Positions 15,560 through 24,698 of a DNA stretch of 58,404 nucleotides are shown piece by piece (within the stretch, counting starts at the first letter, position 1; the number at the start of each line of letters is the position of its first letter). The DNA is from a virus (taxonomy: Duplodnaviria > Caudoviricetes). The notes under the pieces were generated by a model, which worked only from the letters and a program-made list of their open reading frames with translations, ran no database searches and had not been told where the DNA came from. The position numbers and the translations under genes are program-made. The stretch lies in IMG/VR virus record IMGVR_UViG_3300003465_000373, positions 1-58,404 of that record. The stretch is one strand, 5' to 3'.

Positions 15560-15799
15560 CTACTCCAAATCAGAATTCGGGTCCGGCTCCCCGTTGTCCC
15601 ATTCCATCAGGTCATACGGGTCGCCACTCCACTCGCAGTCACAGCACCGTGCCCAACTCTCGTGGTACACAGTCTCGGGATGACCGCACATGAAACAGGG
15701 GTTGTAGTGGTGCCACGCCTTGCACTTCTTGCACTCGTGGTAGCTGCCCCTCCAGGACACCGACTCACTACCACAAGAAGGACACACGGCCACCAACAT
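15560..15799 (-). CDS. small multi-CxxC Zn-finger protein
   Basis: CPSC, CKKC, CFMC, CCDC. Confidence 0.6.
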   Translation of the reverse strand: MLVAVCPSCGSESVSWRGSYHECKKCKAWHHYNPCFMCGHPETVYHESWARCCDCEWSGDPYDLMEWDNGEPDPNSDLE

Positions 15800-15811
15800 A
15801 GTTCACCCCAT

Positions 15812-15914
15812 AAAACGAAAAAACCGCTTCAAGTTCCCTGGTGAACCTGAGCGGCCTATGGTGTTCCTATGAACCGGCTCAGGTTGACCCTGAAACCGGC
15901 ATTTCGGTTTCAGG
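15812..15914 (-). promoter_or_regulatory. transcription attenuator 1 (terminator plus competing hairpins)
   Basis: Terminator CCGCTCAGGTTC/GAACTTGAAGCGG-T6 (15818-15854); antiterminator AACCTGAGCCGG (15874-15885); upstream hairpin 15889-15914. Confidence 0.8.
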
Positions 15915-15916
15915 AG

Positions 15917-16042
15917 TTATCTCGTATCAATGTTATTTCCCTGTTCGGGCTTGGCTGCGACTGGACGTACCGTCTGCGGCTTGGCATGGACTTGGCCCTG
16001 CCATTTGTGCTGCATACCAGTAGTCGGTCGCATGGAAGACAT
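15917..16042 (-). CDS. leader peptide 1 (41 aa)
   Basis: MSSMRPTTGMQHKWQGQVHAKPQTVRPVAAKPEQGNNIDTR*; AGGAG RBS; stop abuts the first hairpin. Confidence 0.75.
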   Translation of the reverse strand: MSSMRPTTGMQHKWQGQVHAKPQTVRPVAAKPEQGNNIDTR

Positions 16043-16137
16043 TGAACTTAGAACTCCTGTTCTATTTGGTTTCGATTCTGGCTGCCATCACCATGACGGC
16101 AAACATATCTGACGTATATATAGTCGTCAACCGGTAT

Positions 16138-16611
16138 TTATTTCTTCACTTCTTTCGGAATTTCTTTCAGAATTTCTTTCTGGGCCTCCTCTGGCATCTT
16201 TTTCACCAGTTCGGATGAGGACTGGATTTTCTTGCCGAGGCCGTCCACGATCTTGATGCCGAGTTCATCGCAAACCTTCTTCTCCGGGATATTATCGGCA
16301 GTGCGGTCGCCGCCCTTGGCAAAAATATCTGGCTTCCAACTGCTTTTGACGCCTGAGAGCCATTTGAGCGTTTCGCATACGGTATGATCCTTGTCCATAC
16401 AGGCCACGACAAAATCAACGCCCTTCAGGGCCTCGATGATCTTGAGCCGTTCTTTTTGCGGCATAAAGGCGTACCCTTTTTTCGTGACCAAGAATTCGTC
16501 ACTGTTGACGATGACCACGAGCCGGTCGCCCAAGGCCCTAGCCTGCTGGAGATACTCAATATGTCCGACATGAAGGGGGTCGAATCCGCCCGATGCTACT
16601 ACGGTTATCAT
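16138..16611 (-). CDS. cytidylyl/adenylyltransferase (TagD/RfaE-II-like)
   Basis: ASGGFDPLHVGH (HxGH), LVVIVNSD, KPDIFAKGGD, KIQSSS. Confidence 0.9.
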   Translation of the reverse strand: MITVVASGGFDPLHVGHIEYLQQARALGDRLVVIVNSDEFLVTKKGYAFMPQKERLKIIEALKGVDFVVACMDKDHTVCETLKWLSGVKSSWKPDIFAKGGDRTADNIPEKKVCDELGIKIVDGLGKKIQSSSELVKKMPEEAQKEILKEIPKEVKK

Positions 16612-16619
16612 ACACTTAT

Positions 16620-17471
16620 TTAGCGGTGGCGGAACAATTCTCCAATGCCGATCAGGTATTCTTCCATCCCTTCGATCCACGACCGCAGCGGAGGTCGTTT
16701 GTTGTTGATGAGGACGCCGTGATGGGGCCGTTTGGCCAGCGTCATGAAGTTCTTGCTTGACAACTCGTTCACACGGCAGTCGCCCACCGTAAAGTCGATG
16801 ATCTCCCTGGCCCACTGTGACTTGGTGGCCGATCCGTGGTTGGTCAGGTGATAGGTTCCGAAATCGGCCGGTTCACGCACGAGGTCATACACGGCACGAG
16901 CCAGGTCGAAGCTATAAGTCGGGCAGGCTCGCACGTCATTGACGACATCAATCTCATCGTCGTGCCTGGCCCGATCCAGAACCTTGTCGATGAAGTTGGC
17001 TCGCCTGCCGCCAGGCCCAAAAAGCCAAGACGTGCGGACGATCCAGTGTTTATTCCAACTCTGCCGAAGGTATCGCTCGCCAACTAACTTAGTTTGGCCG
17101 TAGACGTTGACTGGCCGAACCGGCTCCCGGCCTTCGTCGTAGCCATTTTCATCCTCCTGCCCGAAGACCATTTCCGTCGAAAAATGCACGATTCTGGCAT
17201 CGTACTTCTTGCATGAGGAAGCCAAGGTCCGTATGGCGTCGGCGTTGATGCACTCACACATATTGGGGTGATGTTGTGCCAAGTCTACGTCCGTGTAGGC
17301 GGCACAATTGATTACAATGTCTGGTCGAAGGTTGGCGATGTGGCAGTTGACCTGGGTTGGGTTGGTGATGTCGCACGTCTTGCGGGAGAACGCCACCATC
17401 GTCTCGAAGGAAAATACTTGGCGTAAGGCGTAGGCCAACATACTGTCGCCGCCCAGGATCAGAACTTTCAT
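16620..17471 (-). CDS. rfbD: dTDP-4-dehydrorhamnose reductase family
   Basis: PDIVINCAAYTDVD, HFSTEMVF, PVNVYGQTKLVGE, IVRTSWLFG, GTYHL. Confidence 0.88.
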   Translation of the reverse strand: MKVLILGGDSMLAYALRQVFSFETMVAFSRKTCDITNPTQVNCHIANLRPDIVINCAAYTDVDLAQHHPNMCECINADAIRTLASSCKKYDARIVHFSTEMVFGQEDENGYDEGREPVRPVNVYGQTKLVGERYLRQSWNKHWIVRTSWLFGPGGRRANFIDKVLDRARHDDEIDVVNDVRACPTYSFDLARAVYDLVREPADFGTYHLTNHGSATKSQWAREIIDFTVGDCRVNELSSKNFMTLAKRPHHGVLINNKRPPLRSWIEGMEEYLIGIGELFRHR

Positions 17472-17472
17472 T

Positions 17473-18150
17473 TTACAACCTGCGTAATTCAAGTTCCATG
17501 TGCATTGGGAACAAACAGTAGTTCACCAACTCGTACTCGCCGTCTGATCGCCACTTGGTATCGAACCACACCAGATGCTTATTTTTAGGGTCGGGATTCC
17601 ACGGCCTAGCCGGTGGCGGCAGTTTGTCTGCGTCCACGACCTGCCCTGGGACAAGTTTCGTCCCTAAAGTCTCTTCCTGTTTAACAGGCTTGGGCAGTTC
17701 TGGCAATGCCTCTGACTTGTCTGGCAGGCAAGGTATGATCGGAACTGGTAGCTTGACCTCGACCGGGACTTGTGGCTGCACGGCAATTATCGGTGGCAGC
17801 AGAATGCTCTCGGCAACTCGCTCGGGCACGACAAACGGCCCGATGATGCTAGGGATGTTGGCCGGCTCGATCTTGATTACCGGTGGCAGAGAGGCTTCGA
17901 GCTTGGGATCAACTTGAACTTCCGTGACCGTCACCATGTTAGCCATGTCGGTGTGGACAATGATAGGTGGAGAAATCTTTCGCATCACCACAACTGGCTC
18001 TTTGACTTCGCCACCGAGGTTGTGGACCCCAACGGGTGGTTCCGGCATGGTCGGAAGTGGTTTTTCCGGTTTCTTCTCTTCGATATGTGGTGCTGGCGGC
18101 GGAAGCGGTTGCTCCTGGGGTGGCGGTGGATTATACGATACTCGGCCCAT
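17473..18150 (-). CDS. Pro/Val-rich hypothetical protein
   Basis: Low-complexity ORF from MGRVSY. Confidence 0.6.
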   Translation of the reverse strand: MGRVSYNPPPPQEQPLPPPAPHIEEKKPEKPLPTMPEPPVGVHNLGGEVKEPVVVMRKISPPIIVHTDMANMVTVTEVQVDPKLEASLPPVIKIEPANIPSIIGPFVVPERVAESILLPPIIAVQPQVPVEVKLPVPIIPCLPDKSEALPELPKPVKQEETLGTKLVPGQVVDADKLPPPARPWNPDPKNKHLVWFDTKWRSDGEYELVNYCLFPMHMELELRRL

Positions 18151-18553
18151 TATCTGTTCCCATACTTGGGTTCTTGGGCTTAGGCTTCTCTCTGGTCTTA
18201 GCTTGGGCGTAGAAAACGAACGACGTATTCTTCTCTGGAAGCTGGCTGCCCTTATACTGTACCTGTCGGTAGACGACATTTAACTTAGTATGAGGGTTCT
18301 CGTATTGCATCATATCCTTGAGACGTGCCAGGATCGAGTCGATAAAAGTGCGGCTACCGGTGATGCGGAGGCCGTCTTCGCCAAAAGTAGAGCCTTTCTT
18401 GCCGGGCTGGATCGGATCAAACTGAATAGGCCCTGGACGGAGGGACTGCCAGTATTGCATGACCTGATCCTTCTGCATCCGCCAACTTTGCGGGGCTACG
18501 TCGTAGCTGCTTGTTGCACCACCAGCTAAGAACTCACGGAAACTCATCTCCAT
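18131..18553 (-). CDS. hypothetical phage protein
   Basis: Starts MEMSFREFL; TAGATA upstream. Confidence 0.65.
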   Translation of the reverse strand: MEMSFREFLAGGATSSYDVAPQSWRMQKDQVMQYWQSLRPGPIQFDPIQPGKKGSTFGEDGLRITGSRTFIDSILARLKDMMQYENPHTKLNVVYRQVQYKGSQLPEKNTSFVFYAQAKTREKPKPKNPSMGTDNGPSIV

Positions 18554-18585
18554 AACGGAGTATCTATACCCGCTGGAGACGAATT

Positions 18586-18972
18586 TCACTTCGGCAAACT
18601 GAGGCCGTGCGGGTGATAACGTCCATCTTTCTTTGATACGAAGACAAAACGAGCATCAGCGATGTGGTCCTTGCCGGCCTTGGCACGGTGCTCACGATAA
18701 GCCTTAACTTCAATCACAATTGCATTGCGACGAAGTTCTTTAATCTCCGCTCGGAGAAAAATGATGTCACCCGCTTCGGCGGCTCCATGAAAAGTGCCCT
18801 CGTACTTGTAAGTAACCGCTGAGTCACATTCGGAGTCATGGAGAAGCCTGTAGGCACAGCAGGCGGCAGCCTTGTCAAGCTCGCTGAAAAACGCACCACC
18901 AAAGATCATGGGATATTGAAAATTGCACTGGTCAGGCATGACCGTGAACGCCGTTTCAAATACAAGATTCAT
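18586..18972 (-). CDS. acyl-CoA thioesterase (hotdog fold)
   Basis: VMPDQCN..MIFGG.FFSELDKAA and ARFVFVS motifs. Confidence 0.85.
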   Translation of the reverse strand: MNLVFETAFTVMPDQCNFQYPMIFGGAFFSELDKAAACCAYRLLHDSECDSAVTYKYEGTFHGAAEAGDIIFLRAEIKELRRNAIVIEVKAYREHRAKAGKDHIADARFVFVSKKDGRYHPHGLSLPK

Positions 18973-19068
18973 GTGCCTTCTCCCACTTTCGCAAATACTC
19001 TACTGCCGAGAGCAGTGTGGCGAACTCCTTGAGCGGCTTTTGATGCTTGCATTTCGAGCACCACTTCA

Positions 19069-20181
19069 CTATTCGTCCAACTCCTTCGCCTTTTCCTTGA
19101 AGTAATCCCATGCCGTGAGGAGCTTTTCCTCGTCCTTGGGAGTAATCGTAAGCGAGTAATTAAACTTGGTCACATCAACCCCAAACTCGCTCTTCATCGT
19201 GTTGACAAAGTAAGTGTTCGTGTATGGGGCCTGGGGGTAGCCAGCCAAACCGCCAAAGTCCTTGAGCTTGTGTGGCAGCGAGGTCTTGAAGATCGACTCA
19301 TTGTAGGGCCGGGTGTAGCCGTACCCTTCCGACCACATGCCGCCAGAAATGCGGATGGGCTTCTGCCCAGCCAACCGGCGAGGGTCAGCTTGGCTCGTCA
19401 TGAACCCCAGAATATACGCCTTCGGGTGAAATTTGCTAGTCGTGCCCTGGCCGTTATATCCGAACTGGCCCAGCCGTAGGATGGAGTACAACACCGTTGG
19501 GTCGGTGTTCATGTTGGTCAGAACGAAGTAGTTGTCCTTGAAGATAATTGTATCCCTGTGCCCAAATGCCGACACCCACGGCGACTCCTGGGACAAGATG
19601 AACTTCATGTAATCGCTTTCGAGGCTGGCCTTCAGCCCCATACGGTGGCAGGCGATGTAGACATTATCGCCTTCCGGGTACGCCACCCTGATGTCCCTCG
19701 GGAAATAGGGGTTCATGAAATACCGCTCGCCATGCGAGTCCCTGTACTTGACCAGACCGCCCCAGCACGGCATCGAGTGCCGGAAGTAGGTGAAATACTC
19801 GCCGTCCCGGAAAACGGTGATCGTGTAGGTCATGCCTTTCGCCTGGTTCATGAGGAAGTCAATCGCCAGGAGGGCCTCCTCCTTGGTCTTTGTCCGCACG
19901 AACTCGTCGTCACGGTAGACCTCCTTGTTCTGGACGGCATCGGCCCACTTCCACTTCACCGTTTCGATCTTCATCGCTCCACCCTTTCGTGTAGTCGTGG
20001 GTTTCTTAACGGTTCCGCTCTTTCGTGCCTTCACGGGCGAAATGAGCATCGCAAACACTTTGGCCCTTCGTGTCGGAGCCGGTTTGAGTGCCGTCTTGCT
20101 CTTGCGTAGTGTGGCCGTCTTCTTTGGGGTTGCCTTCTTGGTTGCCGCCTTGGTCTTTCGTGCAGTCGAAGACGTTTTCAT
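19069..20181 (-). CDS. hypothetical protein, optional Lys/Ala/Thr-rich N-terminal tail
   Basis: Long ORF; alternative start MKIETV near 19974 with GGAG. Confidence 0.65.
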   Translation of the reverse strand: MKTSSTARKTKAATKKATPKKTATLRKSKTALKPAPTRRAKVFAMLISPVKARKSGTVKKPTTTRKGGAMKIETVKWKWADAVQNKEVYRDDEFVRTKTKEEALLAIDFLMNQAKGMTYTITVFRDGEYFTYFRHSMPCWGGLVKYRDSHGERYFMNPYFPRDIRVAYPEGDNVYIACHRMGLKASLESDYMKFILSQESPWVSAFGHRDTIIFKDNYFVLTNMNTDPTVLYSILRLGQFGYNGQGTTSKFHPKAYILGFMTSQADPRRLAGQKPIRISGGMWSEGYGYTRPYNESIFKTSLPHKLKDFGGLAGYPQAPYTNTYFVNTMKSEFGVDVTKFNYSLTITPKDEEKLLTAWDYFKEKAKELDE

Positions 20182-20197
20182 TGTCCTGCCCTCGCAA

Positions 20198-20434
20198 TTA
20201 TGGGTCTGTGAACCAAATCTGGTCAATATCTCTTGCCATTTCACTGACCTCTTGTTCTGCTTCGAGCCAGAACTCAACGTCCTTGCCATCCGGCTTGCCG
20301 GCAGCCTCCCACTTGAGGTAGGCCCTGCGGCGGACTTCTTCGTAGGCCGCAGGGAGGTCAAACTCCCACAAGTCGTCGTCCTTTTTTTTGAAGAACCTGG
20401 CGACAGTGGCAAACAGGTTTGGGCGGTCTTTCAT
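20198..20434 (-). CDS. DUF2934 family protein
   Basis: VRRRAYLKWEAAGKPDGKDVEFWLEAE. Confidence 0.85.
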   Translation of the reverse strand: MKDRPNLFATVARFFKKKDDDLWEFDLPAAYEEVRRRAYLKWEAAGKPDGKDVEFWLEAEQEVSEMARDIDQIWFTDP

Positions 20435-20435
20435 G

Positions 20436-21614
20436 TTATGACAACTGCCTTTCCGGTATCGCAGCCCCACTTTGAATCAGGTGACTCTTTGTCTCCTCAA
20501 TCAGTTGGCCGAGCCACTTGATGTACGGCGTACCGCCAGTGCCGGTCGGGTTATCGACTCGCTTCTGGATGTAATTCACGGCGTAGTCGAAGTGCTGCTG
20601 ACGGAATTTGATAAGCTCCTCCACGCAAGCGTTGTACGCCTCGATTGTGTTTTTGACTGCTCCCGACCCCGGCTTTTGTTCATGGTTGTGTATGATGTAG
20701 TGTCGGACGCCGGTGATGCCGTCCATGTAGGCCAGGTGCTCAGGCGGCATGTAGTCCCGCATCTCGTCCAGGTGGTGCGTCAACATCGAGTCTTCATGCT
20801 TGATGCCAAGGAACTTCAGTAGGCTTGGCACAATGCTGCTCTGGGCACCAGTCTCGCCACGGTAGTTCTGCGGCTCATTATCAAAGCAGCCCTCATACAC
20901 GACATCGGTGAAGCCGAAGATATAGGGGCGGACCTGAGAGTAGTACACATCCGGGCTGCACCCTTCCGGCATCCTGGCCAGGGTCGCATTCATGGCTACT
21001 AGACTCTTGTGGACACGCTCAAGAGCCGGTTGCTGGACGCTCGACTTGTACACTTCATAGCCCTTGTACTCTGCGATGGCCTGCAACGCCTCCGCTGCCC
21101 TGGCCTCAATGTCAACATGAACCAGGATGAACCAATCCTCGTCCTTCTTGGCCTTTCGGGTGAAGTTCTGAAGAAGCTCGATGTTGCCGAGTTCAATGGG
21201 GCCGTTCTGGTCGATCCGCTTCCAGTTGTGCAAGCAGTAAGAGGCATACGACAGGATGGGCGGACGACCAACTGCCTTCGCCAGCCGCACAAGGGGTTGA
21301 GCGATGTAGTAGGGGATCGACTTCTGTACCTTGCCACGGTAATCCCTGGCATGGATCACAGCACTGGCGATGTAGGAGAAGAGCATAAAAGCCCGCTCCA
21401 CCGCCATGTCATTCTCGCAGTCGATGAACTCGGTAAGGCTAAAGTGCTTGTCGAAGATCGGGTGGGTGGTGATGTACTCCTGGAGTCGGCCCTCGTCCAC
21501 GAGGTCGGGGAGATCACGACACAGTTGCTCCAGATAGGCGAACTCACGCACCCGGATGGCTTCCAGTGGGTCTTTATTGGGCAGAAAGCCACGGTCTTGC
21601 AAGGTCCATTTCAT
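20436..21614 (-). CDS. indoleamine 2,3-dioxygenase family heme enzyme
   Basis: RPPILSYASY..NW, EDWFILVHVDIE, GETGAQSS, MRDYMPPEH, FRQQH, GTGGT motifs. Confidence 0.9.
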   Translation of the reverse strand: MKWTLQDRGFLPNKDPLEAIRVREFAYLEQLCRDLPDLVDEGRLQEYITTHPIFDKHFSLTEFIDCENDMAVERAFMLFSYIASAVIHARDYRGKVQKSIPYYIAQPLVRLAKAVGRPPILSYASYCLHNWKRIDQNGPIELGNIELLQNFTRKAKKDEDWFILVHVDIEARAAEALQAIAEYKGYEVYKSSVQQPALERVHKSLVAMNATLARMPEGCSPDVYYSQVRPYIFGFTDVVYEGCFDNEPQNYRGETGAQSSIVPSLLKFLGIKHEDSMLTHHLDEMRDYMPPEHLAYMDGITGVRHYIIHNHEQKPGSGAVKNTIEAYNACVEELIKFRQQHFDYAVNYIQKRVDNPTGTGGTPYIKWLGQLIEETKSHLIQSGAAIPERQLS

Positions 21615-21821
21615 GACGAAGGCCCTGTGAACGTCTTAAGTTAACAGTAAACGATCCTGGTGTTGTCGTTGATGCACGGCCAGATGCACTGAAAAAGCTC
21701 AGTATCCCTGAATGACTTCATATGCTCCCTTGGAACCAACAGCACGTCGATGATAGCCCCTTTGATGGGGATGTGCCAGTTGAGGAAATCTTCGTGTTCC
21801 AACGCTATGAGCTTGCGTCCC

Positions 21822-22008
21822 TCAAATTCCAAGGTCTTCATTCTTCAGTTCCTCATCACCCTTGATCCTAGCTACCATGTTGCTGAGCCACTTGCCAAGG
21901 GTGGTGTCTTCATATTCATCCCAAACCTCCGCAAGAAGAGAATACAACTCCTCTTTGCATTCCTGCATGACTTGTTGCTTCACCAGTTCTTCCTCGTGGT
22001 CGGACATA
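21822..22008 (-). CDS. small hypothetical protein
   Basis: ORF from MSDHEEE just after tRNA-Leu; start approximate. Confidence 0.45.
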
Positions 22009-22010
22009 AA

Positions 22011-22093
22011 TACCGGCAGAGGGACTTGAACCCCCACGTCCTTTCGGACACCTGCTCTTGAGGCAGGCGTGTCTTCCGTTTCACCATGCCGGC
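22011..22093 (-). tRNA. tRNA-Leu(CAA), long variable arm
   Basis: CCTGC-CTCAAGA-GCAGG; V arm GTCC-GAAA-GGAC. Confidence 0.93.
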
Positions 22094-22192
22094 GTTGGAG
22101 GCAGTTGAAAGTCTGCGGGGCTAATCCCCGCTCACTACCGGCGATCCCGCCGACCACTGCCTCCTGTGCCATACTCCTACGATGGAGTGGCG

Positions 22193-23080
22193 TTAATTTG
22201 GCCTTTGGTTCGCCCGTGTGGCTTCAAGGAGACTCTTGTCGAGGTCGATGATATAGTCCCGACCGAAGTCCCCATTTTCAAGATTATCTATTAACGTCTG
22301 CGGTAAATTTTGTCGGATGTCGTTCCGCCGCATGAACGGCTCCGATACTGCCGACAGGGCAATCGCTGCCACCGTGTCCACGTCGCCACGCAAATTGACA
22401 ATCCATCGTAGCATGTCGGCCTGGTTGTTGTGCTCCATGATCGCCGTCATGGCTGCGTGGACACACTGGATGCCTTCAACACCCACCTTGCCACGCCACG
22501 CCTCCCGCCAGTTGTAGCCTGGCACATGGCCGTTAAGGTATGCAGGCAACCAGTGCTTCGGCTCCATCGTCTGATGGAAAAACAGGCCCATGAGAGCCGC
22601 AGCCACGGCAGCGTCCACGCCCTTTTTGGTCTTGTGTGTGATCTCGGCCTGAATTGTGGCCATTTCCTTGCACTGAGCGATGCTGTTTGCAAACACGCCG
22701 ACCGGGCCGACTCGCATCGCCGCCCCGGACTTTTCCGAGTCCGGCTTGATATTGGCCAGGAACCCGTCCGGCGTCTGATTATCCTTGTTCTCCAGGAACC
22801 CCTGAAAAGCACGGGAGTAGCCGTCACGGGGGTCACGCAGGAACACCGCCAGAAAGTGCTTGACGATATTCTGAGGCGTCCACTCGTCGCCCGAGACGAT
22901 GGCCTCAGCTACGGCGATGGACATCTGGGTGTCGTCGGTGTACATGCCGGGCTTGATGCCCTTGTGCTTACCGTGCTGGACGTAGCCATACTCAAAATTG
23001 CCACCCCATTTGTGCAGAGCTTCGTCGTTGTATTCGTATCCCGCTCCAAATGCGTCACCGATTGCACACTCCAACAGCAT
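22193..23080 (-). CDS. ADP-ribosylglycohydrolase (DraG/ARH family)
   Basis: AIGDAFG, YTDDTQM, SGAAMR, ITH, GDVDTVAAIA. Confidence 0.92.
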   Translation of the reverse strand: MLLECAIGDAFGAGYEYNDEALHKWGGNFEYGYVQHGKHKGIKPGMYTDDTQMSIAVAEAIVSGDEWTPQNIVKHFLAVFLRDPRDGYSRAFQGFLENKDNQTPDGFLANIKPDSEKSGAAMRVGPVGVFANSIAQCKEMATIQAEITHKTKKGVDAAVAAALMGLFFHQTMEPKHWLPAYLNGHVPGYNWREAWRGKVGVEGIQCVHAAMTAIMEHNNQADMLRWIVNLRGDVDTVAAIALSAVSEPFMRRNDIRQNLPQTLIDNLENGDFGRDYIIDLDKSLLEATRANQRPN

Positions 23081-23320
23081 GATGGCCTCCTTAGCCGGCG
23101 AACGAAAGGTATGCCTTGTTCTTTTCCTGCTCGACGCCCAAGGCAAGGACATGCGTCATCCGCTGAAGTTCCTTCAACACATTCTTGCTGCTGATGTCGA
23201 TGTAAGGGATGCGGTCAGCAGGGCAACTCACATCACCGAGCATCTGGTTGATGTTGTGGGCCTGGCCGACGATGACCATGAGTCTGGCCCTGATTTCGTT
23301 AAGTTCGGCCTTGTTTACCA

Positions 23321-23830
23321 TTAGGCTTCCGCCTCCACTTTGACCTTCCACCAGCGGAAGGCATTGACCTTGAACTTGACGATGTAGCCGTTGTTCAGTA
23401 GCAACCGATGGAACACCCCATCCTCGGTATCCCACTCGTCCGCTAGGATACGCAGGTCTTCGGCCGGGAAGTAAACCTGCTCCTCTTCGCTTGGGGCCTC
23501 GACCACCGGTTGGTCGTCCAGCGTATAACGGAGGATGAAAATGTGATAGCCATCCGTGAGCATAAAGGCGATTTCCTCGGCCGGCACGATGTAGAAGTGG
23601 TCGTCCACGAAGCGGAGCGACACACCTTCCGCATTCCAGTGCTCATCCTCCAAGAGCTTGCGAATACTCTTGGGTAGGTCGTCCTGGATTTCACTCAGAC
23701 GCTCCGCATAAGCCTTACTGGCTACCTCGAACGCCTCATCATAGTCAAAAGCGTTCCCGTCCTGGTCCTTACCAGGAGCGTCAGGCGGCTCCATGTACAG
23801 TTGACGGGTGAAGTACAGCATTATGGTCAC
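23321..23830 (-). CDS. hypothetical acidic protein
   Basis: 169-aa ORF in a coupled run of genes. Confidence 0.65.
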   Translation of the reverse strand: MTIMLYFTRQLYMEPPDAPGKDQDGNAFDYDEAFEVASKAYAERLSEIQDDLPKSIRKLLEDEHWNAEGVSLRFVDDHFYIVPAEEIAFMLTDGYHIFILRYTLDDQPVVEAPSEEEQVYFPAEDLRILADEWDTEDGVFHRLLLNNGYIVKFKVNAFRWWKVKVEAEA

Positions 23831-24063
23831 TCCGGGTTATTGCATCCGGCTTTACCGGATGCAATCTCTTTCTTGACCTCATCCACCAGCTTTGTCAATT
23901 CGACTTCGGACTGGCGTGTGAGACTGCTGATAAATCGGTAGAAGTTTTCGTCAGAAAAGACAATATCTCCCAACAATACCGAAAGCTCGGTTGCTCTGGA
24001 AATGATGGCAAGAAGTTCATCTTTGACAACTTCCTTGAGGTCTTTCATGAACTTCGCTCCGAT

Positions 24064-24139
24064 TGGAGACAGAGGGACTCGAACCCTCGACCATGAGCTT
24101 CCACTTGGGCCTTAACTCCCGGTCACGCCTGTTATCCCC
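24064..24139 (-). ncRNA. minimal tmRNA tRNA-like-domain mimic
   Basis: GGGGATA/TGTCTCC-A (G3:U70), stemless D loop, GACC/GGTC helix, T arm GAGGG-TTCGAGT-CCCTC, no mRNA-like domain. Confidence 0.65.
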
Positions 24140-24435
24140 TATAGCGTCTGCTTTCCACGCAGTATATCCCAAAACATCACCCAATCGCACGCCTTGGCCC
24201 AGAGCGGATTGGTAAACGCCGCTGGATGGTTTCTTTCAAAAACGAAATGACCAGTCCAGGCAAATGGGTAGACTACAAACGGCACGAGCGGCAAGAGCAG
24301 CAAGTACCAGCCCCCGTGGGCCAGGATGGTGAACAACACCACCAGGGTCGCAATCTGCCCCATAAAATGGAGCCGCCGACACCAGATGTTCTGGTGAAGG
24401 CTTAAGTAGTATTTATAGTAATCCCAGAAACTCAA
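24139..24435 (-). CDS. DUF962/Mpo1-like membrane protein
   Basis: YYLSLHQN..CRRLHF.G, Y.FAW.GHFVFERN.PA.F..P.W. Confidence 0.85.
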   Translation of the reverse strand: MSFWDYYKYYLSLHQNIWCRRLHFMGQIATLVVLFTILAHGGWYLLLLPLVPFVVYPFAWTGHFVFERNHPAAFTNPLWAKACDWVMFWDILRGKQTL

Positions 24436-24698
24436 CTGTCGATCTCCTCGATGGTCACTTGGTTCTTGAACGGCTTTTCCGCTTGCGGACTCTCTTCCAA
24501 TCCCTTGTTGCTGGAATACCGAAACCTCTCATAGTACATGAGGCCAGTAGGCCCAAGCAATGGTTGCACACTGAGAACCTTCTTTGCCCACAATTGAGGA
24601 TATATCCTCCGCACGAGAGGTATCGTAAACCGCTTATATTGTACGTCTTCCGGCTCGATCCGCTCCTGGATTAAGCCTGGCGTTTCGCCGTTGCTCAT
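24432..24698 (-). CDS. short protein carrying a copy of a major capsid protein segment
   Basis: KRFTIPLVRRIYPQLWAKKVLSVQPLLGPTGLMYYERFRYSSNKG closely matches the gp23 in this window. Confidence 0.85.
   Translation of the reverse strand: MSNGETPGLIQERIEPEDVQYKRFTIPLVRRIYPQLWAKKVLSVQPLLGPTGLMYYERFRYSSNKGLEESPQAEKPFKNQVTIEEIDS

Noticed and set aside
24432-24698. Diversity-generating retroelement template for the capsid gene
   Set aside because: No reverse transcriptase in the window, and similarity is mainly at protein level with many non-adenine differences.
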